A DNA stretch of 64,000 bases, taken from the NCBI GenBank assembly GCA_051294375.1, contig CM119269.1:10395471-10459470 (forward strand), read 5' to 3'. The position numbers and the translations under genes are program-made. Shown here in pieces: positions 13,455 to 22,354 of this stretch. Each line of letters starts with the position of its first letter. Positions within the stretch are counted from its first letter, which is position 1. Source of the stretch: Paraspadella gotoi. Its lineage: Eukaryota; Animalia; Chaetognatha. Below the pieces are notes generated by a model. The model ran no database searches, had not been told where the DNA came from, and saw nothing but the letters and a program-made list of their open reading frames with translations.

Positions 13455-16400
13455 GTTGTGAGAACCTTACAAAAGTTATGATGAATAATGCAACTACCCT
13501 AAAAGAAGAAAAGATGAAAAACGTGCAAAACAAAACTTTCTCGCTTCTTTTTACGAATCTTGGATTAAAAAACTTGGAAGATTTTTTTTTAGAAGATTTT
13601 TATAATTTAATAGGTCTCATGTTCATGCAAAATAATATTAAAAATATTAAAAAAAACACGTTTAAAATGAAAGGAGGAAGCCAAATGATATTTCTGATTT
13701 TATTGAATAACGGAATCGATAACCTCGATCAACTAGTTTTCAAAGAATTAAGGTGTTTGTCTTTTATACTGATAAGAGAAAATATTTCATTGAACATAAC
13801 ATCGGAAACTTTCGGCGTATTGAATTTTTTAAATTATTTAGATTTATCGAAAATATATAACTTAACGATAACACCTGACGCTTTCAGGAATAACTATTTT
13901 TTGCACTTTTTGAAAATTGCGGGAACCCAACTATCAACTTTTGAAATGGAAAGGTTTTTTGGTAATCCTTTTTCTCAACACAATTTTTTAAGTGTGGATA
14001 ATAATTTAATCCGTGAATTAAGATTTACTTACAAAAATCCAATGCCTGTACGAATTGTTTCTGCAGAAAACAATTCGATATCCAAAATATCAGAAAGTAC
14101 ATTCAAAAAACTGACAAAAACTCAGGAGCTTTTTCTTCTGGGCAACCCAATTGAAACTATAGGCAAAAACGCATTTTCGTTTTTGACAAGACGAGGCTCA
14201 ACAATATCAATTGGTTGCGGACGATTCTACAGAAAAAATCTGAAAATGAAATTGCACCAAGATGCTTTTAAAAATATTGTTGATATTTCATCTCTGACCA
14301 TAGAGGGATGTTTGTCGGAATTAAAAGATAATACTTTGTACAATATTTCAATAATAAGTTTAATCATTAAAAAAAATCTAGATTTGGAAAAGATTTTCAA
14401 CAAATCATTTTATGGGGTACGGAATACAATAAATTTAGACTTAAGTTACAATAATTTAAATTTTATTGATGAGCTGGCTTTTGTTTCATTCTCAGAATTA
14501 AAAACCCTAAGATTAGACAATAACAATTTGAAAAACTTGTATCCAAGTTTATTTGATCAGGCAACATCTCTTAAAAACGTTAACTTAGCTAATAATCGAC
14601 TTGGAAGTATCCCAGAAACCTTATTTAAAAATCAAATGAATTTACAACAATTAAATTTGGAAAAAAACTCTCTTTCTAGCTTTAAAAAAAAATTTTTTAA
14701 TGGTACAAAATATTTAAAAATTCTCATTCTAAATAACAATAATTTTAATGCGATGCACCAAAATTGGATGTTTGAATTGAAAGATTTATACCAATTAGAC
14801 TTGTCAAATAATTTCATTACTAATATTTACGATATATATTTAAATTCTGATATCTTACATGATTTAGATTTGAGTTATAACTTACTTGTTACAATCCCAT
14901 CTGACGTATTTATCCATGTATCATATATCAAGAAATTGAATCTACGAGGGAATAAAATCATGCATTTTGAGCCGCTATCATTCGTAAAGCATCTTACATT
15001 TCTGGATATAAGTTACAATAACATTTCAAATTTGAATGGATTTTTCTCTAAAACTGATATTTTTCAACCAAGCCAAAAGATTACTGTTCTGTTAAACAAT
15101 AACTTATTGAAAGAAATAGCTCTTAATGAATTTCTATACTTTGCAAGTGATTTATACCTCAATCTAAGCAGTAATTATTTGACAAATACATTATTTCTTG
15201 ATATAAATTTTGGGAAATTACCGAAATCAGTAGATTTTAGTTATAACAACATTAAATCTCTATCCAAAAGTAACATTGATACTTTACAAAAAATTCATTC
15301 CGTTTTTTTGCTTGGCAACAAATGGCGATGTGACTGCGAAAATCTAGCACTCATGTATTATTTATCTACTTTTAAAATTTTTCCTTGTTGTCCGCCCGGT
15401 TGTGATTGTTATATAGAAGTACAACAGTTGACAAGACATTTTGTTATCAACTGTTCCTTCACGAAACAGCCAGATCTACCTCCCTGCATTCCGTTTCCTA
15501 ACTCAATAGTTTATTACTCTAACAACAACAAGACTGAGTTAACATTTTCAGAAGCCCTGAAGCAAATAAGTTGGCTTGATATTTCTTTCAACAACATCTC
15601 TCGCATCCATAAGGACGCCGTATCGCAAATGTACAACCTTAATTTTTTAGATTTAAGGAACAATCAATTGTCAACGGTTCCCACCGAATTACAGAATTTG
15701 ATTTTTTTGAATCTGAAACTGAGCAATAATCCATTTAATTGCTTTAATGATTGTTTGTTGGTCCAATACCTCATGGACAAATCTAAATATGAGCCAATCA
15801 CTTGTAAAGACACAGACATCAAGTGTGCTTATCAAACATGCCGCATAAAACGAACCATTATCCCCATCTCGTTATCAACCATTTTAGGTGTTTTGGCCAT
15901 TTTGTCGCTGTTTCTGCTTTCCCGGCACTTTTATCTCCTGTACCTACTCAAAAGGTATTGCAGTCCTCTGAATCGACGTTTCTCATCAAAAAAAAGGTTT
16001 CAGTATGAAAAAAAGATTGCCTTGAAGTTCAACCATCAAAACCTGCTCAAAATGTCAGCCACGGTTTATACTTGGAACCCATTATTAAAGTTTAAAGGTT
16101 ACATATTTTTCGAAACCACAGATCAAAGGCTTTTGAATTTCTTAGCTTTTATCTCCGAAGAATATCAGGGACTAAAACTACATTTTATTCGCGTTGAACT
16201 CATCAAGCAGCTCATGTTAGCTCTTGATCATCTTAATTCGTTGACGACTCCCGTTCGCCACAATCGAGTCACCGTCGATAGCATAAACTTGAAATTTCGT
16301 GAAAATCACTTCACCCTTAAGTTGTGCGATTTCGCCGCCGCAGAGTTCGTTGCAGCGGATACCGGTAACTACAATGCTGATATGATATCATCAAGTACGG

Positions 16401-17497
16401 TGATTAGTGCTATCATCAGCAGCGGCTGCGATCGATTAAGAAATGTCGAGTTCCTGGTCCTCATCAAATGTCTCATCGAGAAAGGCTTTAGCGCCCGCGA
16501 TGCACTGAATTGTCCAGCATTAAAGAGCATGTCGTCCAAGATCCTAGAAGTCGGACTCCTCAACGAGTTAATGATAGAGGGCGCACACGACCCGGAGCGC
16601 GTTAATGCAGAAAAAAACGTAGAACTGGTCATTGGAAAGCGCGGGGCCTGGCACAAACTGATTGATCGGCGCCTGTTGCAGACTTTTGCCGGCAGAGGTC
16701 GAGGATATCGCGTCTCATCCTTTTCCGGTTTGTTGCGCTTTTCACGCAACGTTGTTCATCACGCTCATCAGAGGAGAAACAAGGATGTTTTTCGTCAATT
16801 ATGCGGAAGCGAGGAGTCAGATCCTCAACCAGTCGATATATTCTACTGCCTCCTTAGCCCCTTTCCCTTTTTTTACTGCCATTGCCTTTCAGTTCTGCAA
16901 CAGATGGGCCACGTTGATTCGAATGACGAGGTCTTTGTTTCGACATACAATGCTTACGAGAGGGAAGCCTTTGAGGTAGCCTCCGTGGAGGCAGCCCAAA
17001 ATGGGTCATCCCTCGAAGTTAATCTCGGTAGGCATGTCCCTACGGATCCCGACGCTGCCAGGACATGGCGTCTTAGTTTTCCCGAGAATAGAACGGTGAT
17101 TCAAGCAGCGCCACTCAGGACGCGCCTACTCGTAATAGCCGAGAAGGTTTTTCCAGGAATTGATTTGGCCAAAATTGTCGTCAAGGACGACGAATTTGGA
17201 GCCGTCCTTCCTCTGACGGGCGAATCGTCAAGGTCGTCGCAACCGATACTGGACGGGTCGACGTTGACTATGTCATTGATGGAGGCGCGAGTCAGAATCG
17301 GCGTTGAAGGCAAAGTTGAGACTTTTGAATTCAAAGAGGCTTACAATGTTCAGGCGTTGGTTGGGCCGTTGGCCGGAAAGGAAGGAAAGAAGGTGAAGGA
17401 GGCTGAGATTTTGCTGAATGGCGAGCGAATCGGAATTAAGACGAGGATCTTGGAGACAGCATTCCAAGAACATATCTTTCAACTTAATTTTGAGTGA
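13455..17497 (+). CDS. Exon 3 (4 kb) of a Toll-like LRR transmembrane receptor with cytoplasmic pseudokinase, KEN/HEPN ribonuclease (IRE1/RNase L-like) and C-terminal ubiquitin-like domain(s)
   Basis: Contains the 1339-aa ORF 13478-17497, preceded by pyrimidine tract and acceptor tctttttgtttcag|. Many LxxLxLxxNxL repeats; LRRCT-like NKWRCDC (15317); LRRNT CPPGCDC...INCS (about 15390); second LRRCT NPFNCFNDC (about 15728); TM IIPISLSTILGVLAILSLFLL (15857-15920); kinase-like HQNLL / HNRVTVDSI / LKLCDFA; KEN motif YRVSSFSGLLRFSRNVVHH (16706-16762). Confidence 0.92.
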
Positions 17498-17644
17498 ATT
17501 TTGTATGTTATGTATGTCTTTTTTTTTTTATTTACCTGTGCTTGTAGCTTACCTCCACTTTCTAAATTGTATAAGATTTGGTGCATTGTAGAATATTTTT
17601 TTCTTAACCGACTTTGTAGCTTATGCTTTATGTACTGTTGTAAA

Positions 17645-17650
17645 AATAAA
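17645..17650 (+). promoter_or_regulatory. Probable polyadenylation signal of the receptor gene
   Basis: AATAAA about 150 nt after the TGA stop, followed by T-rich sequence at about 17668-17690. AT-rich context lowers specificity. Confidence 0.45.
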
Positions 17651-17942
17651 TGTCTACCATAAAGAAGTTTATATTTTTTGTTTTCATTTAAGTATTGTAC
17701 TTTAGTATATACTACTCGGCCCCTGGTGTTGAGCTATGGAGCGCCCACTAAAGGGACTGAAATCTTTACCCCCTGGACTCTGAAGCCACCCCAACCAGAG
17801 GGATTATTTTCTTTGCAAGATACTCTGGCGCATTATAATTCTATGCCCCAGGGGGATAAACTAAGGAGTTTGAAATTTTGTATTGTTTTTAAATATTTTG
17901 TAATACAATTTCCTTTAAGTCTTTAATTGAAAGAAAAAAAAT

Positions 17943-18040
17943 TATAATTTTTTTTTTACAACAATGATTTCTTATTGGAAAAACAAAAACATGTTTATTG
18001 TTTTTTCAACAAAAAATCGTTGCTGTAAACAAAATTATAT
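17943..18040. repeat. About 100-bp imperfect AT-rich palindrome (possible small MITE remnant)
   Basis: tataattt...tttacaacaatgattt...gaaaaacaa mirrored by ttgttttttc...aaatcgttgctgtaaacaaaattata, centred on aaacatgttt. Confidence 0.5.
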
Positions 18041-18131
18041 ACTTTGTTTTCTCTTAATCAAAACTTAACAAAAAAAAGCAAAATACCAAGTCTTTAATTA
18101 TATTTAATAAATTAAAAAATCTTAATTAATA

Positions 18132-18590
18132 TTATGAAATTGGTACAACCAATATAAAAATTATCCATTCATTTAATAAATAAGCTATCTTGCCCCTGAC
18201 TTTGGACAGGCTTTGGTGGTTTAAGGCCTCCATCACTCTTACAAGATAATGACATAGTAGGTCCCTGCAAGCTTTCAATCAAGACTATCTCACACTCTCA
18301 CATCTCACTCTCACAGTCTCGTTTATTCACTCCCAGAGTACCTGGCTTCCCTATCAATGAAGTGGTATAATATTTCAAAGAATGTTTCAATTGTATGAAA
18401 AGACCACTCCCTTAAGTATTAGATCGGGGAATACTTATTGTACTCCGCACTAGCATCAAAATACAAGGAGCTGAATTTTATGAAATTGGTACAACCAATA
18501 TAAAAATTATCCATTCATTTAATAAATAAGCTATCTTGCCCCTGACTTTGGACAGGCTTTGGTGGTTTAAGGCCTCCATCACTCTTACAA
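18132..18590. repeat. 113-bp direct repeat (18132-18244 and 18478-18590), period 346 bp
   Basis: ttatgaaattggtacaacc...ggcctccatcactcttacaa occurs twice, identical by eye. Confidence 0.9.
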
Positions 18591-18802
18591 AATATATTAT
18601 AATATTTTTTACAATTAAATAAGTATTTTGAATTAAAAAAATACATAAAAAAATTAAACTTAAATTATAAAAATAAATAAATAATAAATAAGTAATAGAT
18701 AAATAATAATAAAATGAAAAAAAATAATCATAACTTATAGTAATTTAATATAAAAGTATTTTAAGAACTGTTATAAAGAGAGTCATCTCATGCACTGAGT
18801 AG

Positions 18803-19399
18803 TAAGGCGTAGTAAAATTTCTAAATTTAACTTTTAATTAAAATTCTAAAAGTAAGAAACGAACAACATTATACTAATGAACATTTATGTAATAAAAAAA
18901 TTTATAATAAATTTTACAATTTATGCAGTAGCCATTTATACTAGTACTAAACCAATAAATGTTAAAATTTCAAAACAGTTTTTTCTAAGATTTTTTTGCA
19001 GATTTGGATTCGTCATAAAAAGTTGATAAAAGGAAATATAACTCTTTTGAAAAATTCCTTCATTAAGTGGATTAAAAATTATAAAAAGCTATATTTTAAG
19101 CTGAAAATTAACTTTTTATATATTAAATATAGTTTTTTTAATTTTTAACCCACTTAATAAAAGAATTTTTAAAAATGATTTATATTTTCTCTATCAACTT
19201 TTGATGAGGAATTCAAATCTGCAATCAAAATTAAGAAAAGCCTATTTTGAAATTTTTCGATTTTATAAGGATATATAAATATAAATATAAATATAAATAT
19301 AAATATAGCCGACTGCAAAAATTAAAAAACATAAAATTAATTTTTTTTACAAATTAATTGACTTTTAGAATTTTCGTATGTAACTTTCACTACGCCTTA
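18803..19399. mobile_element. About 600-bp foldback MITE (non-autonomous DNA transposon) with target-site duplication
   Basis: Termini TAAGGCGTAGT...ACTACGCCTTA. Long internal imperfect palindrome (e.g. ttgcagatttggattc / gaattcaaatctgcaa; aaaagttgata / tatcaactttt; attaagtgg / ccacttaat). Flanked on both sides by CTGAGTAG (18795-18802, 19400-19407); the TSD can be read as 6, 8 or 10 bp depending on where the ends are placed. Confidence 0.85.
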
Positions 19400-20374
19400 C
19401 TGAGTAGTATTTATATAATTGAACATTTTTTCCTTCTGAAAATTGATTTTCTGTTAACTGACAAAAATAGGTTTTCAGTCCCGGGTAATTTCATATAAAA
19501 AGAAAAAAATGGTTAACGAATTTAAATTTTAAATATGTAAAAAATTTTGAAACGGGCATAAATATTTATAAATATATTTGAATGGCTGAATAATCGTCCA
19601 CTGGGTTTTTTTTCTCCTTCACTTTTTAGGATTTTATGGAAAATTCAATTTGAGCGATTCTGACTGACGTTTTTCCGTTTTTTCTCTCTATCTCGATTCG
19701 CCTTTTCCTCCCACTCCCTTTTGTTCTCTATTGCTCTCACTGTTCTCTTATTCGGCCATATTTTTCAAAAGCGCCCCATTTCAGTTTGAAGTTTTTTAAG
19801 TTTAAAGGTTGGGTTAGGATTAACGATAAAGGTGAAGTAAGGATTAAGGTTAAATATTTGGTTAAGGATCAAAGATGGGTTGGGTTAAATATTGGGATTA
19901 AATTCAAGTTCAAGGATTATTAACAAAATTCGGGCGTTCTCGAAAAATAGTGCCATTTTGTTTCCTTTTTCCTCTCCTTACCTGTTTCTAATTCCATTAG
20001 ATTATTTTTATATACTCTTGTTTCTCCTCCCTTTAGCTTTGATTTTTCTGCTGAATTCATTCTCATTCTTCTTCCAATCTTTCCGTATCTCTTTCGATGT
20101 TTGTTTTCCACCTCCCACTCTCGTTTTATTTCCACCCTCATACCTCCTCTCGATTTTCCTCGTTCTTCCTCCTCCAGGTTTGGCACCCTTCCTTCCCTCT
20201 CTCTCTCCTTCTCCTCTTCGTCCCATGGATTCTCATAAATAAATCCCGATTTTTTTTTATTGAAGTGGGAAGCTGAGAAGAGAGAGGGGTGGGGGAAGCG
20301 TGTAGGGAAACGACGGGGTATAATAATTTATAAATCCCTTAATTGAATTTTTCGCCGTGAAGAGGAAGAGAGAG

Positions 20375-20482
<108 letters not shown>

Positions 20483-20591
20483 GAGAGAGATATAGAAGAG
20501 AGAGAGAGAGAGAGAAACAGAGAGAGAGAGAGAGAGAGATATGGCATTTTCTTTAATTGCTTAAATTTTTTTTCATTGTACTTAATTCTGA

Positions 20592-20685
<94 letters not shown>

Positions 20686-21957
20686 TGGAGAGAGAGAGGG
20701 AGAGAAAGAGAGAGATGAGACAAAAAGAGAACGTCCTCTTTCAAGAAGCTCATAAATTAAAAATACGCCGAGATATGAAATCGTGAAAGATGACTCCACT
20801 GTGGGAAATCGGTGAAGGTGAAAAAGCGGTTCTTGTTGTTGTTGTTGTTGTTGTTGCTGCAAAGAATGGTAAGTCAAGCGTACGACAAAAAGTGGGATTT
20901 TTGAATTGAAAGATCTCTACTTTTGTTGCTGTCTACGTTTTATTGCATGTAATTCAATTTATTTCCAAAACCGACGTTTGAATTTAAGTTAACGGTTAAA
21001 TATTCATCGTTAGTATGTAGATTGTTTATGAGGGACAAACGCAGTTGTTTTTAGCCGAATCTGCTTACAGAAAAAACAAACAATCTATTTCACTATTTGA
21101 TTATGCTTTTTTATTTTTATATGAAATGTAAATCAAGCCGCATTAAATAATTATTAATAAATAAGTAATTAATTAATTATTTGTAATTAATTAATGATCG
21201 AGATTGTTGTTTTGTGATTGAGAGGCGAGACAAAGTGAAAAAAGATTTTGACACGAAAAAAAATCATATTAATTAATTATTTAATTCATTAATTAACTAA
21301 TGATCGTGGGCAGATCCGGCATTGTTTGCTCAAACTTGTTTGTTTTCGATACTGTTTTTTTTCGCACCTTAGTATTAAGTTATTCCCTTCTAATTACTTA
21401 ATGAGATTTCGACCAGCTAAGGTTCGGTCCTTCTTTTTCAACCTCAACTTAATTCCATTCCGCTGTCACCGACTCATTTCTCCGATCTTATTTCAGAACT
21501 TCGGCCATACACCAGTCAGTCCTACCACTTCCCGGGCCGGGTGAGCCACGACCTTCCTTTTTTTCAACCCAGATTCTGAGAATTCTTCCTCCGTTCTTCC
21601 AATATTGCCGATCTCGGTTCTGCCACTCTTTCGTTTGTCCTGCCACCTTTTCCCGCCTGTCAATCCGATGGCAACTAATTCTCTCCCCGCTCCTCACAAT
21701 ACTCTCGTCACTCCGAGTCTCACGCCTGCGATCGTCGCCCCTTTTTTTTTTATTCTAGTCGACTTGGATTCTTCTCTCCCAAGGCCGATACGACATTGAT
21801 CGTCTTTTGTCGGCCGCGGAGTCGGCCGAAGTGTCGGCCCTTTGTCATTCTTTGTCGTTTGTCAATAAGACAATAAAAAGGACGGGGATTGGCGTTGCGG
21901 GGGGGGGGGAAAGATGAGACAACTTTTTTTTTCTATTTTCAAGCTCCGGTCCGAGAA

Positions 21958-22035
<78 letters not shown>

Positions 22036-22151
22036 AGAAAAAAAGAAGAAAAGAAAGAAAAAAAGAAAAAAAGAAAAAAGAAAAAAAAAAAAAAGAAAGA
22101 AAGAAAAAAAAAAAAAAGAAAAAAAGAAAAAGAAAAAAGAAAAAAGAAAAA

Positions 22152-22195
<44 letters not shown>

Positions 22196-22318
22196 CTGAC
22201 TGAGTGCGTGTGAAACCCGGCGAATAAAGACGAGGCGGACGTCGCCTCCTTATTGACCGCAGATACTGCGTCCTTGAGTCTCGGGCGTGACTCAAAGACG
22301 AAAATAACAACAACAACC

Positions 22319-22354
<36 letters not shown>

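Noticed and set aside
13478-13480. ATG of the 1339-aa ORF as the true start
   Set aside because: No signal peptide follows. A strong acceptor at 13454 and two frame-compatible upstream exons explain the N-terminus better.
15950-16500. TIR domain expected after a Toll-like ectodomain, or an active plant-style LRR receptor kinase
   Set aside because: No TIR box motifs; the kinase lacks the Gly loop, VAVK Lys and HRD Asp, and is followed by a KEN domain.
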